Source of the DNA: Chiloscyllium plagiosum
Lineage: Eukaryota
Length of the DNA stretch: 36,092 bases
Assembly (NCBI RefSeq): GCF_004010195.1
Contig: NC_057752.1
Coordinates: 5,981,991-6,018,082, forward strand
Direction of reading: 5' to 3'
Shown: in pieces, positions 1 through 11,770 of the stretch
Layout of the letters: every line of letters begins with the position of its first letter
Position numbering within the stretch: the stretch's first letter is position 1
The notes under the pieces: generated by a model
The model's input: only the letters and a program-made list of their open reading frames with translations
What the model was told of the DNA's origin: nothing
Database searches by the model: none
Made by a program: the position numbers and the translations under genes

Positions 1-757
1 GAGAAACAGCAGGCATGCTAGCTGAGCTCCATCCACATCCTGCATTTCTGATTGCATTTTTGAAGAGTAAATAAGAGAAAGGAACCATGGCAAGTTTTTC
101 CCTTTACACCTCCAGCATGCTGTGAGTGGCAGACAGCACGGAGCAGGAATTGAACCAGGGACCTTTGCATATTGATTAATGATAAGCTGCTTTATAAACT
201 GAACCACAGTGTTCTAACTGTTTATAAGAAGAGTCTATTAATCTCAGATCCATTAGTAATCTATATACTGTGAATCACAGTAACTAACTCAGTCTGACAT
301 ATAACATGACCTTTGGTTTTGGACACCAAAATCTATGTTGAGGACTATAGTCAGCATGTAAATTGATCCCCCTCCCATTTTTCAGCTAATAAATGTATAT
401 TTAGGACAGAAGTCAGTAGGAGTTGAAATCCATTTCTCAGCTCAAAGTTTCTTTCAAGTTGTACGCATCTTACATGCCAGCACATGGAATCAAGCAGGCA
501 ATAGGGGTTGAGTTGCCAGAAGACACACCCATGCAGAGCAAGACCATGCATGGCTGACAAACAAACATTTTTTCATCTTTCAAAAGGGTGGCTACCTACT
601 CAGCATATAAATTAACCCCCTGTTTTGGAAGCATTTTGTATGAACCTTCAAAGGTTGACTCTGACGCCATGATCTACATACTAGCTGTGGCATGATTTGA
701 AGATCATTTTTCCCCCCTCTGTCTTTGGAAAGTGATGAGGAGTCTTTTTCTTTACAG

Positions 758-828
758 AGAGAAGAGGAAGTTAACAATTCCATCTAACCTTGCGTATGGG
801 AAACGAGGCTTTCCACCCTCCATTCCAG
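758..828 (+). CDS. FKBP11: FKBP11 peptidyl-prolyl isomerase, penultimate coding exon (partial gene; earlier exons lie upstream of the window)
   Basis: Acceptor ttttctttacAG|; translates (G)EKRKLTIPSNLAYGKRGFPPSIP(G), the FKBP-domain 'IPxxLAYGxRGxPPxIP' motif; 71 nt, phase 2 to phase 1; donor is CAG|GCATGT. Confidence 0.93.
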
Positions 829-979
829 GCATGTATCTGGTTCCACCTCCTGGCTACACACGTTAAGTTCTGATTTAAGAAGCATTTTATTTAAATAGCA
901 GTACTTCAGGACTCTAGAGCAATCCTAATCAATAATTTTATATTGACGTAGTGCCTTTGACATAAATGATTACCAATTA

Positions 980-1198
980 TAGGCAGTTCTTTTATAACAC
1001 AATGGTTGCATTCTTGTACAACCCCGTATTATAGAAAAATTGCACCTCAGAAACAGCGTTTAAAGTGTTGGCGATGTAATCACATTACAACCAATGCACA
1101 TTTTAAAAGTCCGCACTTTAGAAACTGTCCCCCCAATTCGTCAATCGCGTTACAGTGAATTCACTTTGACGAAACGCATGCTATAGCAGAACAACATG
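980..1198. mobile_element. ~220-bp MITE, Tc1/mariner (pogo/Tigger)-like
   Basis: Imperfect terminal inverted repeats (AGGCAGTTCTTTTATAAC ... GCTATAGCAGAACAACATG), TA on both flanks; homologous inverted copy at 5083-5302. Confidence 0.65.
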
Positions 1199-1394
1199 TA
1201 TCTTTGGAATAAATACTGCTCCTGCTATTTCACGTTTTTCATAATTATGTCATCAGTATATCTTTAACTCAAGAAAACTGAATATTGTTTTCAACTACTT
1301 TGAGAAACCATTGCTGAAAAGACTAAATGGTTGGATGACAGTAAAGAGTTGAGAAAAGTTAAATGTTGGATAGGATAAAGGAAGAACATGTAAT

Positions 1395-2262
1395 TAGAGT
1401 CATAGAGATGTACAGCATGGAAACAGACCCTTCAGTCCAACCCGTCTAAGCCGACCAGATATCCCAACCTAATCTAGTCCCATTTGCCAGTACTTGGCCT
1501 ATATCCCTCCAAACCCTTCCTATTCATATACCTATCCAGATGCCTTTTAAATGTTGCAATTGTACCAGCCTCCACCACTTCCTCTGGCAGCTCATTCCAT
1601 ACACGTACCACCCTCTGCGTGAAAAAGTTGCCCCTTAGTTCTCTTTTATATCTTTCCCCTCTCTTAAACCTATGCCCTCTAGTTCTGGACTCCCCCACCC
1701 CAGGGAAAACTTGTCTATTTATCCTATCCATGCCCCTTATGATTTGAAAAACCTCTACCTGGTCACCCCTTAGCGTTTGACGCTCCAGGGAAAACAGCCC
1801 CAGCCTATTCAGCCTCTCCCTATAGCTCCAACCCTGGCAACATCCTTGTAAACCTTTTCTGAACCCTTTCAAGTTTCACAACATTCTTCAGATAGGAAGA
1901 CCAGAATTGCACGCATTATTCCAAAAGTGGCCTAACCAATGTCCTCTACAGCCGCAATATGACCTCCCAACTCCTATACTCCACATTCTGACCAATAAAG
2001 CATACCAAATGCCTTCTTCACTATCCTATCTGCTTTCAAGGAGCTATGAACCTGCACTTCAAGGTCTCTTTGTTCAGCAACACTCCCTAGGACCTTACCA
2101 TTAAGTGTATAAGTCCTGCTAAGATTTGCTTTCCCAAAATGCAGCACCTCGCATTTATCTAAATTAAACTCCATCTGCCACTCCTCGGCCCATTGGCCCA
2201 TCTGATCAAGATTCCACTGTAGTCTGAGGTAACCTTCTTTACTGTCCACTACACCTCCAATT
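1395..2262 (-). mobile_element. CR1-clade LINE (shark HER1-like) 3' fragment, frameshifted
   Basis: Minus ORFs with CR1 RT C-terminal motifs (WAEEWQMEFNLDKCEVLHFG; YRERLNRLGLFSLERQTLRGD; FFTQRVVRVWNELP); short-repeat 3' tail at ~1395. Confidence 0.92.
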
Positions 2263-2888
2263 AAATGCTAATAAGGCAAGGTTTTAAAAACCTGCAGGCT
2301 GAGAGGTAAAGTGTTCCTGGAAAGGGTAGGAGAATATAATAGTTTTGCTTTCAATATAGTGAGGGTCTGGGAAGAAAAAACAATGGTATAGAATGCCATA
2401 TTTTGCAACATAGCAGAAGTGTTCCTCGAAGCAAACAGAACTATAGGACAGAAGCAATTGAGAGAGACCTTGGAAACTACATTTCAGACTGAGAACATCT
2501 AGAAAACTGCAAGATATTTCTGGTGCCCTGCCCAAGATTATGGGATAGGTGCTGGAAGAACCTCCCAGGGACAGGTCAGGCTTATGCCTTAAAAGGTTAA
2601 ACATTGCTGACAGGGCAAGTAGTGTTTGGCTCAAAAGAGAGCTAAGTTTCTCAGAGACCATGGAAATGTCAGAGTTCTACTTGAGCTTAAAGGAAGATCG
2701 GTTGAATACAACAACCCAAAGTCAAAATAATTAATGGAACAGCACACATTTCACTCTCATTGGGTTTATGACAGTGGAATTACTTTGTATTCCTCTTCCG
2801 AAGTCGACTGGTATTTTATTGCTAAGTGCTGCAATGTCCTCAATGTAACTGGACATTGAGTTTTGAACGTTACTTTTTTGTATTTCAG

Positions 2889-3106
2889 GAGATTCTGTAT
2901 TGTTGTTTGAGACAGAGTTGATTAGTTTGGTGAAGTCAACATACTGGAAGAAAATGATGGACAATGTAATTCCAATCGCCTGCGTGCTGCTGGTCCCTGG
3001 ACTTTTGTGTCTAATAGGCTATTATCTCTATCTAAAAGCAAATGCGCCACAAATCTCCAAAAGGAAACTTAAAGAGGAGAAAAAGAGCAAAGCAAAAAAT
3101 AAATAA
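2889..3106 (+). CDS. FKBP11: FKBP11 last coding exon (end of PPIase domain, TM helix, Lys-rich tail)
   Basis: Acceptor ttttttgtatttcAG|; (G)DSVLLFETELISLVKSTYWKKMMDNVIPIACVLLVPGLLCLIGYYLYLKANAPQISKRKLKEEKKSKAKNK*, closely resembling the human FKBP11 C-terminus; ends in a KxKxx ER-retrieval-type motif; phase 1 matches the previous exon. Confidence 0.95.
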
Positions 3107-5082
3107 GTTTTCTGCAAAATTGTTCAAGTGTGTATGGTTTTATGTTTTAAACTGGGAAGAGTTGGTTCGATATCATATGCATCATGAGAGTTTGTTCTAG
3201 TTCGACCAATGGCACCTGTGAATAATCTCTTGGTTACAGATAGTTGATCATTACTGTCTTCAAGTTATTCTGCATAGGTTCAGCTTTAGGTCAAACTCAC
3301 TTAGTTGCTGTAATTGATTGTTACATGTTCGGCCAAGAAGGCAAGGGTTAAAGCAAAGCAATATTAGCATTAGGCGGAGGTGATAATCAGCATTATAGTA
3401 CTTCTACCATTATTGAAGATGTTTTCCTCACTCACATGCTGGTCCTGCCGATGTAACAATTACATAAGATTATCATTAGTAAAAATGCCTTATAAACAAT
3501 CTACTGTTAATTTTGGGGGGGGAAAGAAAGTTGCAGCGGTCAAGTGTGAAGATACATGTTGATCACTTTTCAGATATAACTAAAATTGAGCTGAGGAGAA
3601 ATTGTTCAAGAACTGTGGAGTATGAAGATTGCATGACCCGAATGCTATTTTAGTCTGCAGCAATGCATAATTCAAGACTGCGCAGAAATGCAAAAGTGCG
3701 TTAGATTCTAAACATGGGCAGGTGATGTTCTCGTACAACACTTATCAAATTTCCCTGTTATTTCCATGGTGGACAACTCCACCCTTTTACGTGCGTTAAA
3801 ATGTCCAATGAGAAGTAAATTTGCTACAAACACATTGTTTGTTTGTCAAGGCTCAAATTTCTAAACTGTTGTTTTCAAGTCAACCCATTTCATGGAATGA
3901 AGAAGTTGGAAAATGTAGCCTGGAGCGAATCTACCTCAAAATAGGTGTGAATACTAAATACTAAACAGCTCATAATTCAGCACTAATTAGCAGTGAATTG
4001 CAAGTCCTACTTGCAAAAGGTCACGTGACAGCTGGTGTGAGAACTGAAAAATCGTGGTGTCAGTTGTAATCACTGAGTGAAACAGTGGGCATAGGAAGGA
4101 GGATCTTTAGTTTGCTCTATAGTTGAGGCTAATAGTGCTTGACATTGACATACAAACTAGAAAGATATTGCATTTCCTCAAGAGTAATGTTCTTAAATTG
4201 GACCACAGAACTCAGAAAGCTTGTGCATCTGCAGTGAAGCCTGTGTTCACCTCTTAGGCTGTGTCAACAGCACAATGTGAATGTGGAGGTAGGTGATAGG
4301 ATCCTGAAGTGCAGTATAGATTTGTCTCAAGTATTTTCTAAACTGTGACATCTGTCGAAATATGGAAATGTTGGACTATAAGTTACATAACTCAACAATA
4401 GGTTGCTTCATGCAATTATCAAAGTTAGTCAACTACAATGTCTCAAGGTTTCCGGATGAGGACAGACAGTTCTGCTGCTTATGGCAGCACAAGGGCAAGA
4501 AATGTTACTCTTTTGCACAACAGAAACTTGTGAAAATTCCAACTTTTAAGAAAGGGTTAAGTTCAACTCTGGAATAATCAGCAGGAATTCAGCCCTACAA
4601 GCTTCTCCTCAGGGAGAAGGCTATTAACACAGAATTGCCCCTTTGCAAGAACTCTGCCCCAGAAAATCACAGATCTAACCTGACCCAAAAGCAGCTCTTT
4701 TTCATTTTTTAACAGTGTTCCAAATATATCAATTTTGTCTCAGAAGTCTATATAAGACTTACAGTTAAAGTGCCTGTCAGTGGCAGGATATACCAAGCCA
4801 ATGAAATACTTCTGAACAGCCATGAAATAAATGTTCTCTAATGTGTCTTGAGAATGGAGCACTTTTCTAAGATTAAATGCGACATAATACCAAACCAAGA
4901 ACACTTACCCTAACTAAACATTCCTGACCAGGCATGAAAATCCTACCACCAGGAGCAGAGACAACTCTTTTAGGTGAAAATATGGTTATCCTGCCTTGAC
5001 TGGATCTGTTTGTGGAAAGTAGGGAGTGAGCTGCTATGCACAGATAAAGCTTGGAGGACTGCAGTATACTGACATTCTAACA

Positions 5083-5302
5083 CAGGTCGTTCTGCTGTAA
5101 CGGGTGTTTCATGAACATGAATTTGCTAATAACAGGATTGATGAACTGGGGACATTGTTTTGAAAGAGCGAAGTATTAAAGTGTGTATTGGTTATAACTC
5201 CATTCCGGCCCCATTAGTTTAAATGGTGCTGCTATTATGCAATTTTTTTAGAAGATGGGATTGTACGAGAACAGAACTACCGCGCTGTAGCAGAACTGAC
5301 CG
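5083..5302. mobile_element. Second copy of the ~220-bp Tigger-like MITE, inverted relative to 980-1198
   Basis: TIRs CAGGTCGTTCTGCTGTAAC ... GCTGTAGCAGAACTGACCG followed by TA; internal similarity to the reverse complement of 980-1198. Confidence 0.65.
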
Positions 5303-6315
5303 TATGTGTTACTCAGATTGATTCATTGAACTAGATGGTTTCTTCAGAAAGTAATATATGTGCTTGCTGTCAGCTCCTGGGAGTTCTTTGAGGAGTTTTT
5401 GCAGGAGATGGAGTAGTTGTTCTTTATTCAGTGTATTGCATTGTGTCTGTGTAAAATTAGAATGTATGGGCATAATTTTCCCCTTCCTGGAGGTAGAGAC
5501 AAGGGGGAGTAATTGGACAAGTTGGCCTTCTTGAGATACTCACCAATTAATCTCTGATCGAGAAAGTTTATTAGAGATATTTTTGACCTGTCACCAATTG
5601 AGGCCCTTCAGTGAGCAATTAATGGCCTCTTAAGGGCTTCATTGACCACCACCACAATTATCTATCATCTGACCAGGTAAGAGAGAGCTGATGTGTTTCC
5701 CAGTTGGGAAATGGGGTGGGGGTGGGAAGGATGCCTGTCATGTTTGTTAGGGAGAGGAATGTTTTGATCTGGGAGCAATCAGAAGCATGGATAAGGGAGT
5801 GGCCTCTGAAAGCTACTGCTTTTGCCTTCTTCACATGCCCCCGGCCCTCGTCCTGTGTCAAGGATAAAGATATACTTACTTTTTTGCTGCTGGTTCTCCT
5901 CAAGGGGTTTGCTAGGGTAGGTATAGAGATGTTTCCACTCAGACAGAAATAAAGACAGTTGCTAATCAATGCCACAGGGAATTTTGGAGAAATTAACTTA
6001 CCCAGAGAGTGGTGAAAATATTGAACTAACTACTACATGCATTTAAGAGAAAACTTCATAACTAGATGAGGCAGACAGGTTAGAAAGAAATGTTGATAAG
6101 CAAGATAATTTGGTAGACATTTTTCCACACAGCAACGCTTACCATTGAAAGAATTTACTTTGTTTCAATAGCAGTGTATTTATAAAGAGAATTTGATAAC
6201 TGGTTGGTGGAATTGCAGATTTATATATTTATTGAATGATAAATATCTACTCATATGTCATTTAAGTTAATTAGGGAAAAAATGTCATTTAGTGACACTG
6301 GTCAGTAAAATAACT

Positions 6316-6665
6316 GGTGGCTCAGTAGTTAGCACTGCTGCCTCATTGCCCAAGGTACCCGGGTTCAGTTCCACCCTCGGGCGACTGTCTGTGTGGAGTT
6401 TGCACATTCTCCCCATGTCTGCGTGGATTTCCTCCAGGTGCTCCGGTTTCCTCCAACAGTCCAAAGATGTGCAGGTTAGATGAATTGGCCATGCTAACTT
6501 GCCCGCAGCGTTCAGGCATGTGTGGGTTAGGTGCGTTAGTCAGGGTAAAACTAGAGTAATAGGGTAGGGGAATGGGTCTGGGTGGGATACTCTTCAGAGA
6601 GTTGGTGTGGATTCGTTGGGCTGAAGGGCCTGTTTCCACAGGGTAGGGATTCTATGATTCTATGA
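6316..6665 (+). mobile_element. HE1-type V-SINE (tRNA-derived head, CR1-derived tail)
   Basis: A box TGGCTCAGTAG, B-box-like GGTTCAGTTCC, V-domain CTGTGTGGAGTTTGCACATTCTCCCCATGTCTGCGTGG, tail GGGCCTGTTTCCAC...(ATTCTATG)n. Confidence 0.9.
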
Positions 6666-6709
6666 TAAAAGACAAGCAGAAGACATTGAGACATGAATTT
6701 AAGTGATTA

Positions 6710-7015
6710 TTAGACTGTGTGATTAATGATGTGTGCAGCCTCAGTCACATTGTAAACCAGCTTTGAGGCTGCAGGTTCTATCACAGGCATATTCATTTTC
6801 ACATTTGTTTTGTTGTTGATAACAATGAGAGGGTTCAGATTTGATAGGATTTCCTCATTGACAGAGATTCCATCTAAGTACTGTTTCAGAAGTTGCCGGA
6901 GACGTCTGTTCTCCTGTAGCAAGGTATGTTTCTCTTTCTGCAAGACAATCTGGTCCAACTGAACCTTATTATAACGCTTCCAGAATTGTTCCAGAGTCAC
7001 ATAGTCCATCATTGC
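6710..7015 (-). CDS. CCDC65: CCDC65/DRC2 coding exon 8 (last), includes stop
   Basis: Acceptor tttttttAAG|; AMMDYVTLEQFWKRYNKVQLDQIVLQKEKHTLLQENRRLRQLLKQYLDGISVNEEILSNLNPLIVIN...HTV*; the FWKRYNKV and LLKQYLDGIS motifs are typical of DRC2. Confidence 0.95.
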   Translation of the reverse strand, partial: AMMDYVTLEQFWKRYNKVQLDQIVLQKEKHTLLQENRRLRQLLKQYLDGISVNEEILSNLNPLIVINNKTNVKMNMPVIEPAASKLVYNVTEAAHIINHTV

Positions 7016-7231
7016 CTTAAAAAAAGACAAAGTGTAAATTTACTATACAATAGAATCTAGGAAAAGGCATTATTTGCAGCAGATCCAGGAAATGAATTCC
7101 CCTGTAAGAAAAATCACATCATTTTGTAGTCAAATCCCAATTTGGATCAATTTCAGCTCTGGTTCCAGGCAAATATTCAAGACTTGACTTAAAATGAATT
7201 TGTCACTTATCTCAGTGAGTTCTTATGCCTA

Positions 7232-8424
7232 TGAGTTTTTTGACAATTTGTAGCTTAGGTTGAGGTTCTGGATGTAAGCTTGCTTGCTGAGCTGAAAGGT
7301 TCGTTTTCAGATGTATCGCCACCATACTAGGTAACATCATCAGTGAGCCTCTGGTAAAGCGCAGGTGTTATGTCCCGCTTTCTATTATGTGTTTAGATAT
7401 CCTTGGGTTGGTGATGTCAGTTCCTGTGTTGGTGATGTCATTTCCTGTTCTTTCTCTCAGAGGGTGGTAAATGGGGTCCAAGTCAATGTGTTTCTTGATA
7501 GAGTTCCGGTTGGAATGCCATGCTTCAAGGAATTATCATGAGTGTCTCTGTTTGGCCTATCCTAAGATGGATGTGTTGTCCCAGTCAAAGTGGTGTCCTT
7601 CCTCATCTATATGTAAAGATACTAGTAATAGTGGGTCATGTCTTTTTGTGGCTAGTTGATGTCCATGTATCCCGGTGGCTATTTGTCTGCCTGTTTGGCT
7701 AACGTAGTGATTGTTACAGTTCTTGCATGGTATTTTGTGAATGACGTTCATTTTGCTTGCTGTCTCCACAGGGTCTTTCAAGTTCATTAGCTGCTGTTTT
7801 AGTGTGTTGGTGGGTTTGTGGGTTATTATGATGCCAAGGGGTCTGAGTAGTCTGGCAATCATTTCCAAGGTGTCTTTGATGTAGGGGAGAGTGGCTAGGG
7901 TTTCTGGACGTGTTTTTTCTTATTGATTGGGTTTGTTGCTGAGAAATCGGCAGACTGTATTCATTGGGTACCCATTCTTTTTGAATACACTGTATAGGTA
8001 ATTTTTCCTCTGCTCTGCTTAGTTCCTCTGTGCTGCAGCGTGTGGTGGCTCACTGAAATAATGTTCTATTGCATTTCCATTTGTGGGTGTTGGGATGATT
8101 GCTTCTGTAGTTCAGTATTTGGTCCGTATGTGTTGTTTTCCTGTAGACGCTGGTTTGAAGTTCCCCATTGGCTGTTTGCTCTACTGTGACATCTAGGAAT
8201 GGCAGTTTGTTGTTGTTTTCCTCCTTTTTCGTGAATTTTATGCCAGTAAGGATATTATTGATGCTCTTGAAGGCTTCCTTTAATTTGTTTTGTTTAATGA
8301 TGACAAAGGTATCATCCATGTAGCAGATCCAAAGTTTGGGTTGGATGGTTGGCAAAGCTGTTTGTTCGAGTCTCTGCATTACTGTCTCTGCTATGAACCC
8401 TGACACCAGAGATCCCATGGGTGG
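7232..8424 (-). mobile_element. Penelope-like retroelement 3' portion (RT C-terminal half, GIY-YIG endonuclease, pLTR), degraded
   Basis: Minus ORFs MGSLVSGFIAE..YMDDTF..LPFLDV..VYRKTTHTD (PLE-type RT) and IHKIPCKNCNNHYVSQTGR..IHGHQ (GIY-YIG with CxxC); mutated hammerhead core at 7307-7346. Confidence 0.9.
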
Positions 8425-8431
8425 GAACCCA

Positions 8432-8800
8432 ACGGAACACCCATGGGACCTCCGACACCAGGGTTCTTAGCAGAGGCAGTAATGTCGAGACTCGAACAAA
8501 CAGCTCTGCCAACCCAAACTTTGGGTCCACTACATGGATGACACCTTTGTCATCACTAAATGAAACAAATTAGAGGAAACCTTCAAGACCATTAATAATA
8601 CCCTTACTGGCATAAAATTCACAAAAAAAAGGAAAAAGAACAGGAACTGACATCACCAACCCAAGGAAATCTAAACACATAAATAGAACGTGGGACATAA
8701 CACTAGTGCTTCATCCGAAGGCTCACTGATGATGTTACCTGGTATGGTGACAAAACGTCTGAAAACGAATCTTCCAGCTCAGTGAGCAAACTTACATCCA
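8432..8800 (+). mobile_element. Inverted, internally deleted second copy of the same Penelope-like element
   Basis: 8440-8635 is the reverse complement of ~8220-8424 (RT); 8640-8800 is the reverse complement of ~7270-7427 (3' end with hammerhead-like core at 8726-8759). Confidence 0.85.
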
Positions 8801-8804
8801 CAAG

Positions 8805-9171
8805 TGACAATGGTCATTGATGTTAAACAGCTTTATTAAACAGATGGGATCCAAGCTATACGAAAGAAGGAGAAAGTTGAAAATCACACAACACTAGGTT
8901 ATAGTCAAACAGGGGGTTTATTTGAAAATACAAGCTTTCAGAGCACTGCACCTTCGTCAGGTAACCAGATAAAGGAACAGCATTCCAAAAGCTTGTATTT
9001 TCAAATAAACCCCCTGTTGCACTATAATCTGGCATCCTGTGATTTGTAACTTTGTCCACCCCAGTCCAACATCGGCACCTCCACATCATAAACAAGGTGA
9101 CATAGCGATCACTGTTAACCATGGGTGTTAATCAATTAAACAACCACACAGCCTCAGGCAATGCAGCAACA
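8805..9171 (-). repeat. ~145-bp LTR-like repeat, copy A (interrupted by a hairpin element at ~8874-9086)
   Basis: On minus it begins TGTTGCTGC, ends ATTGTCA and has AATAAA near the end; direct-repeat partner at 9806-9950. Confidence 0.65.
8874..9086. mobile_element. Short Penelope-derived hairpin (inverted-repeat) element
   Basis: AAATCACACAACACTAGGTTATAGTC...TTTATTTGAAAATACAAGCTTT mirrored by AAAGCTTGTATTTTCAAATAAA...ACTATAATCTGG; degenerate hammerhead core on minus (CTGACGA...GAAAGCTT). Confidence 0.75.
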
Positions 9172-9551
9172 TTGGAATGCTTAACTGTGCTAAACAAGAG
9201 CTCAATTTTAACCCCTCATTTCACTACAGTATTTTACAATATGTTGATTATCACAATTCCGTCTAATTTTCTTTGCAGTCCAACTGGACGGACGTAATAT
9301 CCTAAACTCAAAGGTTACAGAAATTAAATGCAGCATGCAATCTTGTGAGCTGAATCTCTTTTTTTTTTGGAGGTAAACCCTTCGCACATCTACCAGATAC
9401 AAATTCTACTGTGCCTATTCACCTCACCCAAATTATATCTTACTCCACCCATTCCTACCCTCATCCACACCTTACTTTAGTCAATTCAGCTTCCCAATAC
9501 ATTTTGACCTAAGCAAACCTGTCTTTGAGTTTGCGTTTGTCCATTTCTCAC

Positions 9552-9704
9552 CTCAGCAAGCTCTTCACATGGCTTCACCATCATCAAATGCTCAACTTTT
9601 TTCTCTTCTTCCGGAGTCAGAGAGGAGGCATAGAATGGGAGAACTTTCTCTTCTTCTGTTTCCAGTTTCCTGCACATTTCTGCCATCTTCAGTACATGCT
9701 CACC
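9552..9704 (-). CDS. CCDC65: CCDC65 coding exon 7
   Basis: tctAG| GEHVLKMAEMCRKLETEEEKVLPFYASS...EELAE |GTGAGA; 153 nt, phase 0/0; the CRKLETEEEKVLPFY motif is typical of DRC2. Confidence 0.95.
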
Positions 9705-9805
9705 CTAGACACATCAAATGAGCAAGCATTCACCAGGTGAAGAACCACAATTATTCAAGATTTTACTCCAAAAGGATAACAGTCATAAGAACTCACTAAG
9801 ATGAA

Positions 9806-9950
9806 TGACAATGGTCACTGATGTTAAACAGCTTTATTAAACAGATGGGATCCAACATACACTAAACAAGGAGACACTGATTACTGTGAACGATGGATGG
9901 TAATCAATGAATGAAACATCCACACAACTTCAGGCAATGCAGCAGCAACA
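9806..9950 (-). repeat. ~145-bp LTR-like repeat, copy B (uninterrupted)
   Basis: TGACAATGGTCACTGATGTTAAACAGCTTTATTAAACAGATGGGATCCAA nearly identical to 8805-8854; remainder aligns with 9088-9171. Confidence 0.65.
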
Positions 9951-10701
9951 CCTCTTAAACAGAGACCATTTTACTTGGTGAGGACTGATACATTGATAAA
10001 ATGTAACCTGGTGACCATACGGAATTACTTTGTGAGTTGTTCCTCACATGATTGGTAAGATGTGCCATGTTGAAGTTATGCAGAGTTAATGGCGATAGGC
10101 ATCATCACACCCATCATGTTGTTGCTAAAACGTACATAAAATAGGCTAGACTTTTCAGGAGAGAAAATGTACTTCTTAAATCAGTTGAACAGAACAAACA
10201 TGAGATAAACAGAAGTAATCTTACAAACTGAATTATGGCAAAGTGCTTATAGGATAAATATTTTGGTGCTTTGCTTCATTGCATTTCAGTATAGCCAAGG
10301 TGTTTCTCCCTGCTACTCCTCATTCAAGCAATTTACCCTCCTGTTTCTCATTCAATTTTTTTTTCTCTGTTACAAACCTTGATCTTCATCCTTAGCTTCT
10401 GCATGGAGCAACATTGCATGTTTGGTGATGTCCCCTAGCTCCACTTCCTGCTTCTGTCTTTCTCAATGTTGCTATTCATACAGATTTGATTTGTGCTGTC
10501 AATGTTAGGGACACCCTATGTTATCATCACTACTGCCAACAAGGCCACTGCAGATTCACGAGGAACAGATAAATTATAGTCTGGCTTCTGAGAACTGCAC
10601 AGATTAATCAAGTAGGCTTTCTGCTGTCCACTCATGTTAATGAACATGCGGGATGAATTTGCACCTTTTTTACATTTTATCGAGGGGACTTGTGACTTTA
10701 C

Positions 10702-10920
10702 CTTATCACAGATATCCTTCAGTGTTTTGATGGCAGCATTACTCTCTACCGTTAGTTTGACAAGTCGCTCGTGCTCACATGCTCGGAGGTAATTCATCTG
10801 GCTTTTCTGCATCAGAAAATGCTGCTTAATTGTTTCCTTTTCGTCCCGTAATTTTTTGTTCTGTGCCTCACACTTTCGTGAATTAACTGCTATCTTGACC
10901 TTCAGTGTTGCTATTGTATC
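10702..10920 (-). CDS. CCDC65: CCDC65 coding exon 6
   Basis: aacAG| DTIATLKVKIAVNSRKCEAQNKKLRDEKE...TLKDICDK |GTAAAG; 219 nt, phase 0/0, coiled-coil composition. Confidence 0.93.
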
Positions 10921-11050
10921 CTGTTGGTAAAATAATAAATAAATGGAGCATGTCGAACTTCCAGTGATCAGTGTAGAGATTAAACGCTACACTAATATTT
11001 TAGGAACTCAGAACTCAGGCACATGCCGAGGCAATATCAAAATTGAAAAG

Positions 11051-11205
11051 GTCAGAAGTCACACGTCAGACGACGAAGGAGCAGAGCTCCAAAAGCTTAT
11101 GATTTCAAATAAACCTTTTGGACTATAACCTGGTGTGCTGTGACAAGGTCGTCTGACGTGTGACTTCTGACCTTGTCCACCTCAGTCCAACACCAGCACC
11201 TCCTC
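11051..11205. mobile_element. Short Penelope-derived hairpin element with 15-bp TSD
   Basis: GGTCAGAAGTCACACGTCAGACGAC ... GTCGTCTGACGTGTGACTTCTGACC inverted arms; TSD ATCAAAATTGAAAAG at 11036-11050 and 11206-11220. Confidence 0.8.
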
Positions 11206-11770
11206 ATCAAAATTGAAAAGTGCAGGATGGAAAATGAAGTCATTGAGAAAGTAGTGATGAGGTGACACCAAGCTTGAGTTGGAAAGCTAAAGATAACACA
11301 CAAACAGATGGAGACAGCAACACAGTTTTGAGGTGCCGATTTCACACACAATTATTCTCCAAACCTTTCCCACTAGGAGCACCTGGTTCCTCATGATTTT
11401 CCAGCCATTAAAATTAATTTACCTCCGATTCACCAATATATTAAACTCCACGTGGGCAGTGCTAATTCATAAAATCTACCCTTAGATTTCAATAGTGAAG
11501 ATTCCATGGGGAATAATTTTGTGAGCTCCAAATATTGTTCAAAGGATCTAAAATACACAAAACTGAAAGGGACAAGAAAGGCTACAACAGACAGAAAAAG
11601 AGGGTCATTAATATTCTAAACAACAATGTACAAATCCAACCTCAGTAAAGTTGCAGCTGTAACAATGCAAGGTTAATAAGTGAGTGTATTTTTCCAAGTA
11701 CTGTCAAATTAAACTCTGCAATAACTGTGCTACGATACAACAGGTACAATGAGTATTTAGTTAGACCTAC

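Noticed and set aside
1..757. Earlier FKBP11 exon (GLEQ..MCxG)
   Set aside because: No matching exon found by eye; presumably upstream of the window.
2955..3106. Novel small membrane protein (MMDNVIP...KNK)
   Set aside because: It is the last exon of FKBP11.
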